This document shows, one piece after another, positions 26,150-41,327 of a stretch of 64,000 bases of DNA (its first letter is position 1; each line of letters begins with the position of its first letter). The stretch lies in assembly GCA_951406725.2 (NCBI GenBank), contig OX597818.1:57784001-57848000 (forward strand), read 5' to 3'. The notes under the pieces were generated by a model that did not search any database, was not told the origin of the DNA, and worked only from the letters and a program-made list of their open reading frames with translations. The stretch comes from Octopus vulgaris (taxonomy: Eukaryota). Made by a program: the position numbers and the translations under genes.

Positions 26150-26420
26150 TGGACATCATTGATTGGTTCTGTAAGACATTCGATGTCATCATTAGATTAG
26201 CAATATAACACTTTCAATCCAATCAGTTTATTCCTTGCAAATTCATTTATAATTTTTCAGGAACTAAAGCATTGAAATATTTTGAAAATCATTTTACTTT
26301 TGGTCATTTTCTTTATTAATTCCAATTTTTAACTGTTCATGTGAGCGGCGAAGATAAGGCGCTTCAATCCTTGTAATAACACCGCTCTCCATTGTTGAGA
26401 TAAGTGGCTTATTTATCGAT
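26150..26420 (-). pseudogene. Possible ancient LINE RT relic
   Basis: Minus strand GV-LQG...LIF (needs a 1-nt shift) followed ~200 bp later by NDDI. Heavily decayed. Confidence 0.25.
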
Positions 26421-26521
26421 TTTCACTCTAATCTATCTTTAGAAGAATGATTTTAGAGACCGCAAAATACAGGTATATTATATGATGTCACTACTTTACC
26501 AAGAAAAACATATTTGCCTTC

Positions 26522-26556
<35 letters not shown>

Positions 26557-26720
26557 TATTTTATATTTTATGTATTGGCTTAAGTCTTTCTTTGTTTGAT
26601 TTGCATAATATTGGTTTTGTCTCTAATTTATTATAATATAATATTTTATTATAAAATTGGATTCAATCTTAAATCTGATTTTTCCTTGTAAATTTGGATT
26701 TATTCCCTAATATTTATTAT

Positions 26721-26757
<37 letters not shown>

Positions 26758-27553
26758 ACTCCATTCCCTACAATGATGCAAAAATCAGTCTTAGAAAAGG
26801 GAAACATTATAAAACGTTTTACATACTATCTTACCATTTAGTTTTGATACGATCAGAAATGTATCTTTCCTGATGTTTTGGGTTCTCTTGAGATTTCTAT
26901 CAATATGAACAATGATTCTTAGTCTCGGTGGTTTTGTCTCCTAACAATAATATCTTTCGATTGCTGACACAATAAAACCTAGCTTCTAGTCCAGTAAATA
27001 ACTTTCTTTAAACCTTCACACGTTATAAACTTCTCTCGGGGAACCGTTGAAGTATACGGACGTAAAGGAACCAAAGCCGGATGTCAAGTGATCGATGGTG
27101 TAGACTCAACAAATACACACACCTGTGTATGTGTGTGTGTTTGTGTGAGGTATATTACATCTGTGCGCACATGTGTCTATACGTGTGCATGTGTATCTAC
27201 CCCTAGCGGAATTTGACGACCTCTTCTCTATTATTCATTCCTGCTAATAAATTATTTAATTAGACGCTTCAATCGTTAAACGTCTAATTAGTGTGTCTCT
27301 CACTTCCTCTAACCATAGCACAGATTTTGCTTCCTTCCCCTATTTCTATTTTTATTTTAATTCCCACGATTTTGATGTAAAACCACGCCCGATGCAAGCC
27401 TAATTCAGGCGATCGCCTTACACCAAAACCTTCCTAAGTGAACTTAAATAATTTTTTGTTGCTATAAGCTTTAAAATCGTTCTTTGCTTTTTTTGTATTT
27501 ACACATGCATTTTGAAGATTCGGATATACATACATACATAAATACATACATAC

Positions 27554-27641
<88 letters not shown>

Positions 27642-28054
27642 ATCACAAAAACTGTTACTCAGAGATTCTTTGAGTAACAGTTGTGATTTCGTTGCAGCTT
27701 TAATAATAAAGCATATTACTCTACCTCTGGTATTCGAGTATTGTATTATCTTTTCCCCCCCTTGTTTAGCATTTATGTTCTTTCTCTGGTATATATATAT
27801 ATAAATATAAGGGGGAACCCTTATGCACTATGTGGAAACCCTTATGCTAGAAGATCCGCTATGGTTTTAACCACTAAGAATTGTTCTCTAGAGATAGTGG
27901 TAAAATTCCGTCTTATATTTATATATGTAATACTATTTACTGAAACTCAGTGTTTCTTTATATGCTAGACCACTAGTGTTAAAATTGATGTTATCAAATT
28001 ACTATCCAATTTTTCACCCTCATTTTAATTTTAATTTTATATATATATACCCAA

Positions 28055-28094
<40 letters not shown>

Positions 28095-28125
28095 TTACAT
28101 ACACACACACGTATATATGTATATA

Positions 28126-28182
<57 letters not shown>

Positions 28183-28927
28183 GGATAAACATTTACATTG
28201 AAATTAATTGTGTATAAAATCGTGTAATCGTAGTAGGTACGGTAATGTCTCGGCTTTATGTAAACGCTTGTTTCAGTTGTGAAAGCTCCCTTGTATTAAC
28301 GAAGGAAAAAATGCCTTTCTAATCAACAATGTTTGAAAAGTCTATTGCAATGCATTTTCTTTAAACAAAAGAAGAGCCTACAGCGAAATAACTTGTTATT
28401 GTTCCGAATGTAACACACGCAACATGTTTGCATTGTTCAGTGACACAATAGCTGTTTTTCTTTTTTTTTTCTGCGGCTACTGTTAAATCTACTTCCACTA
28501 AGTTTGGTTCTCTGTATATGTATCTGTGAGTGTTTGAGCGAGTATGTTCGTGTTCTTTACAAAACAATTCTTCTGACATGCTCTTCACGCGAAACACGTG
28601 CAGATCGAGTTCCAAATATGTCGACGTCTTTATTTAGTTGTTGTCGGAGGAAATTGCGTTAGCGCTAATACTGACCTGAACAATCTTCTCTGAAAAGTTG
28701 TCCCGAGGATAAATTTACGCATGTGATATTTTCGTGTACACATGAACACACAAACACAGGTATTCGCACTCACATACACATATTTATAAACGTATGGAAA
28801 CAACCCTCCACGTAAACACATTTATATAAGCAAACATGCAAGATATATGGCGATGAATATATGCATAAAGAATCTACGTATCTCCGCATGTACATGTGTA
28901 TTTAGTGATACATTGTAGTGTGTACAT

Positions 28928-29300
28928 TGGAGGCGCAATGGCCCAGTGGTTAGGGCAGCGGACTCGCGGTCGTAGGATCGCGGTTTCGATTCCCAGACCG
29001 GGCGTTGTGAGTGTTTATTGAGCGAAAACACCTAAAGCTCCACGAGGCTCCGGCAGGGGGATGATGGTGATCCCTGCTATACTCTTTCGCCACAACTTTC
29101 TCTCACTCTTACTTCCTGTTTCTGTTGTACCTGTATTTCAAAGGGCCGGCCTTGTCACTCTCTGTGTCACGCTGAATATCCCGGAGGTACACGTGTCTGT
29201 GGAGTGCTCAGCCACTTACACGTTAATTTCACGAGCAGGCTGTTCCGTTGATCGGGTCAACTGGAACCCTCGTCGTCGTAACCGACGGAGTGCTTCCACA
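28928..29300 (+). mobile_element. SINE family C (tRNA-Arg-like head)
   Basis: A box TGGCCCAGTGG, B-box-like GTTTCGATTCC. Perfect 11-bp TSD agtgtgtacat at 28917-28927 and 29301-29311. Confidence 0.9.
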
Positions 29301-29400
29301 AGTGTGTACATGTAACAGTTAAATAGAAATTCGTGTATAGGTCTATAACATAAAATTTACTCGTTCTAAATTAGCTACTCGGAATCATACGAAGTATTTC

Positions 29401-30136
<736 letters not shown>

Positions 30137-30720
30137 CTTGTCCATTTTTTAAGTAGACATATGATATGTATGTATCTATCTATAATAATGTTCTAGATTG
30201 TTGTTGGTAAATGTTTTTTCACCACTTAAAATGGTGTAAGGTATGAAAGAGTTTGTTGTGTCTGACAGGAATGGTAAACTGTTATGTTGTCATGGATATT
30301 TTTCATAATTTTTAACTACGCATATTTACATAATTTGACAGGCCTAATGTTCCAAATATAAATACGGAAAACACACAAAGTCAATAGCAATACAACATTT
30401 ATCAAGAACATTTCCTTCATATATTTAAAATTGGCATTTCCTTCAAATCATAAACCCCCGTCTGAAAATGTTGGGAGAAATACGAAGAAATAACTTCGGC
30501 TTGCAAACGAAGACGCACGTCCATTAGTGGAACGCATAGGGTTGTATCTATCATAGACATATATTTGTGTATGCAATTGTTCACGTTCATATAGCTAACA
30601 ATGTTACAATTATAGATTGCTCAATGAGGATACGTACAGACTGGTTAATTAATATACGTTTTGCATATATATGTCCATTCAGTATCTTGATATCAATATT
30701 CCCTCTCTTTACCAATTTAA

Positions 30721-30911
30721 TTGCTTCAGTCATTTGACTGCGGCCATGCTGGAGCACCGCCTTTAGTCCAACAAATCCACCCTAGGACTTATTCTTTGTA
30801 AGCCTACTACTTATTCTATCGGTCTCTTTTGTCGAACCGCTAATTTACGGAGACATAAACACACCAGCTTCGGTTGTCAAGCGATGTTGGGGGAGGGGCG
30901 GACAACCACAT

Positions 30912-30960
<49 letters not shown>

Positions 30961-31121
30961 CATATATACGACGGGCTTCTTTCAGTTTCCGTCTACCAAA
31001 TCCACTCACAAGGCTTTGGTCGGCCGTGGCTATAGTAGAAAACACTTGCCCAAGGTGTGACGCTGTGGCACTGAACCCGGAACTATGTGGTTGGTAAGCA
31101 AGCTGCTTACCACACAGCCAC
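30721..31121 (-). mobile_element. SINE family A
   Basis: Reverse copy. Confidence 0.9.
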
Positions 31122-31805
31122 GTGGTTTATTTCTCTGAATATCTTTTAAAGTAATGTTATAAATTCATTTTTACATACTTACTCACAATACGTTTCTATT
31201 GGTACGATATTAATATTATGCAACGTGTATATATTTTAGCTGAACCATTTTGTGGATCGTATTTTAAAAAATGTTTCTATTCTCTAAAAAAATGTAGAAT
31301 GACGCTATTTTATAGACGAAAATTTATCTTAGGTTCTAATTTATGTCTCATCAAAAATTCATGGAGTTTACATTATTTCCTTCTAGAATCTCTTTTTACA
31401 TCTGTATCTGACATAATTGAAATGACACACGAAACATTTAGTTTCCAATACTTTCTTTCATAATAGTAATAACAGCTCTCCGTGTTTGATTTATTGGAAT
31501 ACAAAAATTTGATGTTTAAAATTACGATGATGGTTATGTTAAGATCACCCTTACATAAATATATCAATGTTGGATGGGGTGTATTTCTGAAAGTAAGGAG
31601 AACATAGATGTATGGTTTATTAAGATTTTAAAGCCATGCGAATGGAGATGCCTGACGTATGGTAATGACTTCAATATGCTTTATAGGTTGTCGTTATCCA
31701 TATGTAAATTCGTCATTCACTTACTGCTGTGGGTGTAGAATGTTCTTAGGAACCACTTTTTATCATTTCTGAAGAATTCTACGTTTCACTATATCATTTC
31801 TTAAC

Positions 31806-32231
31806 TACTCTTTTTACTCTTGTAGTTGCTTCAGTCATTTGACTGCGGCCATGCTGGAGCACCGCCTTTAATCGAGGAACTCGACCGCGGGACTTATTCT
31901 ATTTTTTTTTTTTTTGTAAGCCCAATACTTATTCTATCGGTCTCTTTTGCCGAACCGCTAAGTAACGGGGACATAAACACACCAGCATCGGTTGTCAAGC
32001 AATGCTAGGGGGACAAACACAGACACACAAACACACATACACACATGTATATATATATACATATATACGACAGGCTTCTTTCAGTTTCCGTCTACTAAAT
32101 CCACACACAAGGCTTTGGTCGGCCCGAGCCTATAGTAGAAGACACTTGCCCAAGGTGCCACGCAGTGGGACTGAACCCGGAACCATGTGGTTGGTAAACA
32201 AGCTACTTACCACACAGCCACTCCTGCGCCT
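31806..32231 (-). mobile_element. SINE family A
   Basis: Full-length reverse copy. Confidence 0.9.
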
Positions 32232-33520
32232 ATTTTACTGTCGGTAAATCTCTTATTGAAAGACTAAGGCAAGCAACATTTTGAGACCATTTGAGACCAA
32301 CGTTTTAAAGACCAATGTAACTGACATAAAAATATAAAATTTAGACAAGAGAAACATCAGTTACGATTTCGTTTTTAAAATGTTCTTTTAATGCCTTGAT
32401 TTCATTTCTAAAGTGCATAATTGCTATCTTCGTGGAATATTCTTTTGTCTATTTAGGGTAAAGAAAAAAATGACAAGGTGAAGAATGCGGAATCCCCGCC
32501 AACGTTGATAAAGGAGAAAGTCGTTTTACATAAAATCAACACACACATATCCCTGAGATGCCTTCAAATTATTTACTCTAAAATGGAATACATTAATTCC
32601 AGTTCCCAGTTATTACATGCCTAAAGATCAAATAAAAATGATAAGTGTTTTTAATTTTGAACGAAGAGACAACATCAAAGATAACGATGTCCCTGGATAA
32701 CTTTAATCTTGTTTTCGGATATCCAATTCCTGAAAAATGAATTCGATACCTCGCTGTAGATGTAATCCTTAAATTTTATTGAAACTCTTGTGCATCCGTC
32801 AATTTATGCTGTACAGAGACAAGTTATATATTTTTTCTATGCATAGAATTTTCAAAAAGACACGAGCAAACACAGGCACATGCATAGCAGTTACAAAACC
32901 TCGCAGTGAATTAAATAACCGTGTAAATGAATTCTTTGTAAGCTAGTTGTTATGCTCCAAGGAAAGGAAATGGATCCCTCACCGGTTATTTCAATGGTTT
33001 TGACTGTTCCAAAGCGAAGCTGTACATGATATGCTTCTTTAATCAACTGCGCGCATTTGCTAACATTTAAAGCAGAAAATCGGGATTACAATCTCATATC
33101 TAACGTGCGATTTTATTGTTTGCATGTTTGTGTCTTTTCATAATTCTAATCCTCGCGTTCATCATTAATAATACAGCATCTATGTTTCTCACCACACAAA
33201 GAAAAATTACATGAACGTAAATATATATTAGCTCTTCAAAAGTTCTTTGTGTTGCGTATAAAATAAATTCCGTTTTCTTAATGTTGAGTCATCAGATCTA
33301 CTTCTATGCAAATTAGGGAACGCATTTCATGTTTTATATGTGATCTGGTGATCCGGATATGAAATTCGAATAACTAAAAATGATGCGATATAGCTATTAT
33401 TATAACCATACGTAAAACATCCTCATAGGAACTGTCAATTGTATTAACGTTCATGTTACATAAACATTCTCCATCTCACTCTCTCTGGGTCTCTCTCGAT
33501 CTCGCGAATTCTGTGAATAT

Positions 33521-33577
<57 letters not shown>

Positions 33578-33675
33578 TATTTGTGTGTGCATATATCTTA
33601 TATAGATATGTATATATATATATATATACATGTATGTATATTTTATATACACATATATATATATATACATATATA

Positions 33676-33724
<49 letters not shown>

Positions 33725-33803
33725 ACAATAATTGTTTCTTGTCAGGAACAAAAAAAAGGTTTAATAGGACTGCAATAGAAGTGCTCTATTGGAAGAGACA
33801 AAA

Positions 33804-34122
33804 ATATCAAACTAAAATCATTGAACAAGCAAATACCAAGTCAACCGCATGTCATTTCATAATTCGAACATTTAATTATAGAATAAACATATAACCTGCA
33901 AGATGGAACAAAATTCATATGTACAGCACGTAATAATAATAATATGGTATGGTGCGAGAAAAATTTTTCTCGCACCATACCATATATTATTATTATTATT
34001 ACGTGCTGTACATATGAATTTTGTTCCATCTTGCGGGTTATATGTTTATTCTATAATTAAATGTTCGAATTATGAAATGACATGCGGTTGACCTTGTATT
34101 TGCTTGTTCAATGATTTTAGTT

Positions 34123-34128
<6 letters not shown>
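33804..34128. repeat. Near-perfect 325-bp palindrome with no spacer
   Basis: Centre gagaaaaa|tttttctc at 33963/33964. About 160-bp arms with a few mismatches; mirror ORFs in the track confirm it. Confidence 0.95.
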
Positions 34129-34182
<54 letters not shown>

Positions 34183-34216
34183 GTTCATGTGTGTGTGTTT
34201 GTGTTTGCTCCTCCAT

Positions 34217-34594
34217 CTTAAATATTTCTCCTTGTTTGAATTGGAATTCTGAACCCTCCAGAAGGTGGGGGCATGTTCCACAGTTAGAACGTCCACATTT
34301 TGTCATAATTGGCTCAGTAGTTAGTGGGTAAAGTCTAGCGCTGCTTCATATTATTTTCAGTGACTTCGGTTGCTTTTTGCTTTTTATAATTTTATATGAG
34401 CTTAAAATTTCGTTCATTGTTTTGTCTGTCGTGAGGGTAGGAAGGTTTTGGGTGATGATGTTGAAGGCTTCGTTGTTTCTGGGGTTATGTGTGGAGATGT
34501 ACGCGAGTATTTTAAAGTCTTGTTTAGTATTTCGGCTAGTTTTCCTTAATCTTTGTATATCTATTCCCTTAGCTCTTTTGATGCCATCTGGGTA
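34217..34594 (-). pseudogene. Penelope-like element fragment (post-RT linker and Cys knuckle preceding GIY-YIG)
   Basis: YPDGIKRAKGIDIQRLRK...LAYISTHNPRN...IIKSKKQPKSLK...TKCGRSNCGTCPHLLEGSEFQF. Confidence 0.8.
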
Positions 34595-34834
34595 CTAAAA
34601 TGATTAGAAAGTCACTATCAGTGAAAAGATGTGATAGCTCTTACAGCTCGGTAGCTTTGCAGATTTATGAAATGTCACCAATAACATACGGAAATGCTTC
34701 TGCATATATAGCACCGTTCACATATATAATAGAAATTAGCATAGGTTTCATACATGTTAATTAATGTATCCCAAAGCTTCTAATTACTTTTGAAGATGAG
34801 AACGTTATTGCAGTGATGTTCTGAATTAGATACA

Positions 34835-35077
34835 ATGGCTTCAACAAGGAGAAATGACAGTGAAGCACTTCCAAGGTAGCGGACAGCCCCAAACTATATC
34901 ATCCATTGTTCCAACAATACCCCTACCAACCTTTCGTCACCACAAGATCTGGGATCATGGACAGCATTGCTTAGGGCTGCAAAGATAAGGCAGCATGCTC
35001 CTGTACTTGAATTAACTGAAGATTTAGAAGTGCAGTAACATCGAATATGTCGTAGCATCTTCAGCATGAAGAAAAGA
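34835..35077 (+). pseudogene. Second Academ-like transposase N-terminal relic
   Basis: One frame with two stops: MASTRR...*RTAPNYIIHCSNNTPTNLSSPQDLGSWTALLRAAKIRQHAPVLELTEDLEVQ*HRICRSIFSMKK. Confidence 0.55.
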
Positions 35078-35320
35078 CATGGCGACATGGTTGCAACGAT
35101 GTTTCTTAAATACTGTCATATCGAAACATATATATCTATGTAGAATCTCTTTTGGTGGCATTTATGGGGTTATTTTCTTGGTTCAGGCGGTTCCTTTTAT
35201 ACTCTTATAAGTATGATTTTCCATTTCTGAATTTGCATTACTTTTCCAATTGTAATACAAATAATACAAACCAAGCAGTCTTTTTAAATGTTTCTGCGCC
35301 ATATGCTTTTATTGATTTTT

Positions 35321-35619
35321 AAGCAATTTGAGAGACAGAACCACCTTCAACGCAATCAACACTGAAAGGTTTTATACCCACCAGTCCATAAAATGAAGAT
35401 TAGGAGTATGCCGACCCAAGTAAGTATTGAAACTAGACACTTCCTATCTAATCAATACCGACGTACTTTCATGAAACATGTGTAGTCTTATAAACGGAAA
35501 ATACAGGATTCAGAATATGGTTAGTATAAGATTTAATATTTAACATTTTATGGAGTGGTCGGGTATAAAACTTTTCAGTGTTGATTGAGTTGAAGGTGGT
35601 TCTGTTTCTAAAATTACTT
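35321..35619. repeat. Inverted repeat, 75-bp arms, ~150-bp spacer (MITE-like)
   Basis: cagaaccaccttcaacgcaatcaacactgaaaggttttataccc versus gggtataaaacttttcagtgttgattgagttgaaggtggttctg. Confidence 0.8.
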
Positions 35620-35747
35620 TTATATATACGAATTAAACATTGAGAGATGTTCATTTTAGTATATCTAATTTGAATAACTCTTTTCCTGTGTACTTGGAAG
35701 TAATATTACCTAATAATTACAATAATATATGTATGTATGTATGTATG

Positions 35748-35794
<47 letters not shown>

Positions 35795-35833
35795 CATATA
35801 TATATATATACACATATATATATACATACATAC

Positions 35834-35916
<83 letters not shown>

Positions 35917-35919
35917 CAC

Positions 35920-35982
<63 letters not shown>

Positions 35983-36745
35983 TATATGCACATGAATGTA
36001 TATTCACAGTCATGTGCATACACTTGCTTATACTAGTTGCAGTACACCTTTGTACAAATATGGTATAGCCATAGTATTAACCTAACAGCAAATTAACGCC
36101 TTGCTTCGATTTTCTTTCAAATTGAGTATAGATTTTTTTTTTTTGTATTGTTAAAGAAGTTACATTGTTCTCGATGGAAACTCATGGGAAACCCAAGTCT
36201 GAATGGAATTTGCCTGGCAGTTTTCACTTCCCATCTTATAGGCGTGTAAGATGCATTCGAAACCAAAAACCAGTCGCTGCCATCTGCATTATATTGCGCA
36301 TTACATGTTAAACAATAAATTACTTTACAAAAATATTTCGTCCTCATTCATGTTCAATCAGAACTGTATGTTACATGAATCACACCATCTTCCTTTCCCA
36401 TTCCTTTTGCTCATATATATTTTTGTTTGTCCTTAAAATTTCCTCACTATTGCATTCCCATAAAACTGATTGTTCTAAAGTTTCTGAAAGTAAATGTGTG
36501 TGTATACATCTAATCAAACATCATTTGCTTGCGACTAGTTTCATATCAAAGGAATGCTCTGTAGTAAAAATTTACTTAAACATATTTAATTTAGCTTTGA
36601 ATTGATTTTTCTTTAAATAATGTTCACACTTCATTTTAGTAAGTTTATAACACGCAGCTGTTTGTTTCGCTTTCATCTTTTCTAAAATGAGAATGTAAAC
36701 ATTAGCAGAGCTGCAAGGTTTGTGCAATTGGAATGAATGCATTTG

Positions 36746-37222
<477 letters not shown>

Positions 37223-37613
37223 GGTAAAATGTAAATAAAGTTACCTTCGGAGAAAGTCTAAAAATTATTGCTAGGCATCTATTATAATGAACGCTACATG
37301 TTATTTTAAAGTAAGACTTTTGAATTTAATTCCTGTTATGATTACTTCAATCTTGATGTATATGAGTAAATTACGTTAGTGTAGATTTACGCTATAACAT
37401 TTCGTAATGATTGTTATGTTACGGGGCACTGGAACGTAAATGCAAAATATAAAGGTTATATAACATATAGACTGCATCAAAATGTGTTTTGGTTTTAGGA
37501 TCAAACATTTTATGAATTACATATAGTGTGCTTTTTTGATTCCATAATTAGGTATTCGTTTGTTTGAAGCAAATGTATTTCATAATACCTTCAGAGAAAT
37601 ATAACTACATACC

Positions 37614-38031
37614 TATTTCTTTACTGCCCACAAGGGGCCACACGCAGAGGGAACAAAGACGAACAGACAAACGGATTAGGTTGATTATATCGAAACCCAG
37701 TGCATAACTGGTACTTATTTAATCGACCCCGAGAGGATGAAAAGCAAAGTCGACCTCGGCGGAATTTGAATTCAGGACGTAGCCGCAGACGAAATACCTA
37801 TTTCTTTACTACCCACAAGAGGTTAAACACAGAGGGGACAATCAAAGACAGACAAACGGATTAAGTCTATTATATCGAAACCCAGTACGTAACTGGTACT
37901 TATTTAATCGACCCCGAATGGATGAAAAGCAAAGTCGACCTCGGCGGAATTTGAACTCAGAACGTAGCCGCAGACGAAATACTGTTTAGCATTTCGCCCG
38001 GCGTGCTAACGTTTCTACCAGCTCGCCGCCT
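37614..38031 (-). mobile_element. SINE family B dimer
   Basis: Junction gaaatacctatttc at 37791-37804. Confidence 0.9.
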
Positions 38032-38283
38032 ATACCGACACTGATACACACAGACATAAAAGCACCGAGAACTTTTCCACCATTGAAAGGCTTTACGAGA
38101 ATCCAATCTATTAGGAAATCTATTAAAAACTATTTTAAACACATCTTAATCATACGAAAACTCCTTGGATTTCATATTACATTTCTTTCAATGGTATGTA
38201 TTTTAATGGCACTGGGAGTAGCATTGGGTTGGCATTGGTAGAAAAGATATTCTTGTTTAGTCCATCTAGATTTTTAATCGTAG

Positions 38284-38665
38284 TGGAGGCGCAGTGGCCC
38301 AGTGGTTAGGGCAGCGGACTCGCGGTCATAGGATCGCGGTTTCGATTCCCAGACCGGGCGTTGTGAATGTTTATTGAGCGAATACATCTAAAGCTCCACG
38401 AGGCTCCCGCAGGGGATGGTAATCCCTGCTGTACTTTTTCACCACAACTTTCTCTCACTCTTACTTCCTGTTTCTGTTGTACCTGTATTTCAAAGGGAGG
38501 GCCTTGTCACTCTCTGTGTCACGCTGAATATCCCCGAGAACTACGTTAAGGGTACACGTGTCTGTGGAGTGCTCAGCCACTTACACGTTAATTTCACGAG
38601 CAGGCTGTTCCGTTGATCGGATCAACCGGAACCCTCATCGTCGTAACCGACGGAATGCTTCCAAA
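38284..38665 (+). mobile_element. SINE family C
   Basis: Aligns to 28928-29300 and keeps aactacgttaag, which the first copy lacks. Confidence 0.9.
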
Positions 38666-38996
38666 AAGATTAAGCTAATCTATTTACATCGAAAGATAGC
38701 TTCTGTTATTAATTCCACAGGAAAAAGAGGAATGGCAGGCTATATCTGGAACTTGAAATTAAAGAGTAGAACACACATATATATATTGTGCGCTATGCCA
38801 TGCTCATTAACTTCACCAGCACAAATCTATCAGTTTTATGCTAAGAGAAGCCTAAAATTGCTGCAACCGTAAACTCATTTGTTACTTCGGAAAACGCTCC
38901 TCAATGAAGAGAAATAGACTCTTTTTCTTTGGTGACTCATTTAACGCTTGCATCGACTTTAGCAACAGATGAGGAATATATATGTATTTATATATA

Positions 38997-39052
<56 letters not shown>

Positions 39053-40020
39053 GTATGCCGGAATCCACAAAGTGTGTAATCATTTGCAAATAGTAATTTA
39101 TCAAATGATTTTTGAGAACTGGTTTTATTTATTCTTGGTGTACGTGAGTAAACATATATATATATATTTGCACTTACACACGTTTATCACATCCGAAAAT
39201 ATACACCAAGTAAAATCTAAAGGAATAGCGTAGTTAATTTTAAGGACTAACGAGAATGGATCCCCATAATATGAAATATTTTCTTCTGCTTGAAAAGAGA
39301 TAGATAAATTGCAAATTTATTTCGCTATGTTTCGTGGTGACTTATTTTTGGCATAAATAAGGTGTTGATATTTGACAGGGAATAAATTTCATTCAAATTC
39401 CCTCCTGAATTGCTATCAGTAAACGAGAAATTCCGAATAAAAAATGAATAGTTTTTATCACAGTAGCTTTAAGACTAGTTTCTCCGCAGAAGAGAAAGAA
39501 AATAACCCATGGCCTCAGCGATATTCCAGAATAAGTACAAGGCTTATAGCCCGTTAAAACAATGAATTTATAAACAGCGGTTAATCAATTTGTTATATAA
39601 GTTAATTGGTTTAAAATATCAGGGCGCGTATTTTTGATAAGACTCACACATAATATACATATGATGAAACATTGATGAGCGAAAAAATATATTCAAATTA
39701 TACTCGTATTGGTGAGAGAAAATATTGGAATAATTATAATCAAAACGACATATATTAGAAATGCATACAAATACATACGTGTGCATGTACAAGGTCGATG
39801 GATATATTTTTAAATTTCGTGCACGCACATTGTTGGATTTGATTTTGTTCACTACACAGTATAGTAGGGTCAATTGGGCACCGTCTGTGACAAAAATAGT
39901 ACAATGACGTAATTCCCTTTACCAACATTTGGAAGTGACATGCTGTACTGTTTAGCATTTGCGCAGCAAGCTCCAATACGAAGCGTGGGAAGATCAAATA
40001 CGATCATGTACCAATAGGAA

Positions 40021-40503
40021 CATGTACTGAGAGTGATAAAAATCAGACATCCAGTCAACATCATGGTGTGAGGAGCGATCTCTAGTTATAGAGAGTTTAT
40101 GCCTCCATTCATCTTCCCACACGGCCTCAAACTCAACACGGAGGCGTACATCAAGTGCCTAGATGAGGTAGTACTGCCCTGGATCAAGAGTGTGGAAGAC
40201 CTTATTTTTGGCAACAGGATTCTAGAACCAGGGGAACACAGTCATGTGTGTCAGAAAATTTCTGCGATCACATCACCTATAACATCTGGCCACCTAACTC
40301 CCCAGAGTGCAAGCCTCTTTATTATGTGTGGGGCGTAGTTGAGCGAGTGACCAACAAAACTCCTTGTAACACAAAAGATAAACTGAAGGCAACAATTATG
40401 GCATCATTCACCAATGTAAACAAGGAAACTGTCCAGAAGAGTTGCAGGAGATTCCAAAATTGTCTGGAGGCCGTGGTTGAAGCTAATTACAATTTTATTG
40501 AAT
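40021..40503 (+). pseudogene. IS630-Tc1-mariner transposase relic (maT/DD37D-like)
   Basis: HPVNIMV*GAIS...PPFIFPHGLKLNTEAYIKCLDEVVLPWI / WQQD / WPPNSPECKPLYYVWGVVE...LEAVVEAN..FIE. Confidence 0.85.
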
Positions 40504-40599
40504 ACATTCACTATTTAATATTTCAAGATATTTTATGTAATTTGGGTAAATATATATGTTAATATGAGATGTCAGGGTTATTTTCATTTTTGCGTTTAG

Positions 40600-41275
40600 A
40601 GTGAAGTAAAAACCTACAGAATTGGTCCGAAGAACAGTGGAAGTATGTTATTTTCTCGGACGAGTTATCCTTTACCTTATTTCCAAGCACCCGCCGAGTA
40701 TGGGTTTGGAGACAGCCAACAAAAGCATTCAACCCAGCCTGCCTTCTAACTGTTTAAACATGGAGGAGGATCTGTGATGAACTGGGTTGTTATATCTTGG
40801 GAATCCGCCGGCCCAATGGTTTCCCTTCATAGCAGAATTAATAGTCAAGTCTATTTAAGCATTTTATCTCATCAAATTCATCCTATGGCTGCAGAACTGT
40901 TTCCGGTGGGAAACGCAATCTTTCAAGATGATAACGCACCAATTCACACAGCAAAATTGTTACTGAATGACACGAAGAACATTCTAGTGAAATTGAACAT
41001 CTTATCTGGCTGCTACAGTCCTCAGATCTCAATATTATTGAGCATTTATGGTGCATTTTAGAAAAAGAAATAAGGAATCGATATCCTCCACAATCATCAT
41101 TAGAAGAATTGTTTTAGCTGAAGAATTGACAAAAATCCTTTGGAAAAAATTCAAACTTCATACGAGTTCTTACCTCGTAGAATTCAAGCTGCAATTACTG
41201 CCAAAGACTGTCCTACCCTATATTAAAAGAAATTTGTTTGAAATTTTAAGCTGTTTCCTTTATTTTGTCCACCCC

Positions 41276-41278
<3 letters not shown>
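40600..41278 (+). pseudogene. Tc1 (DD34E) transposase relic with right TIR
   Basis: WSEEQWKYVIFSDE...HGGGSVM.W...IFQDDNAPIHTAK...SSDLNIIEHLW. Ends tattttgtccaccccatg|ta. Confidence 0.9.

Positions 41279-41327
<49 letters not shown>

Noticed and set aside
28928-29005. tRNA gene
   Set aside because: Acceptor and T stems do not close; it is the head of a TSD-flanked SINE.
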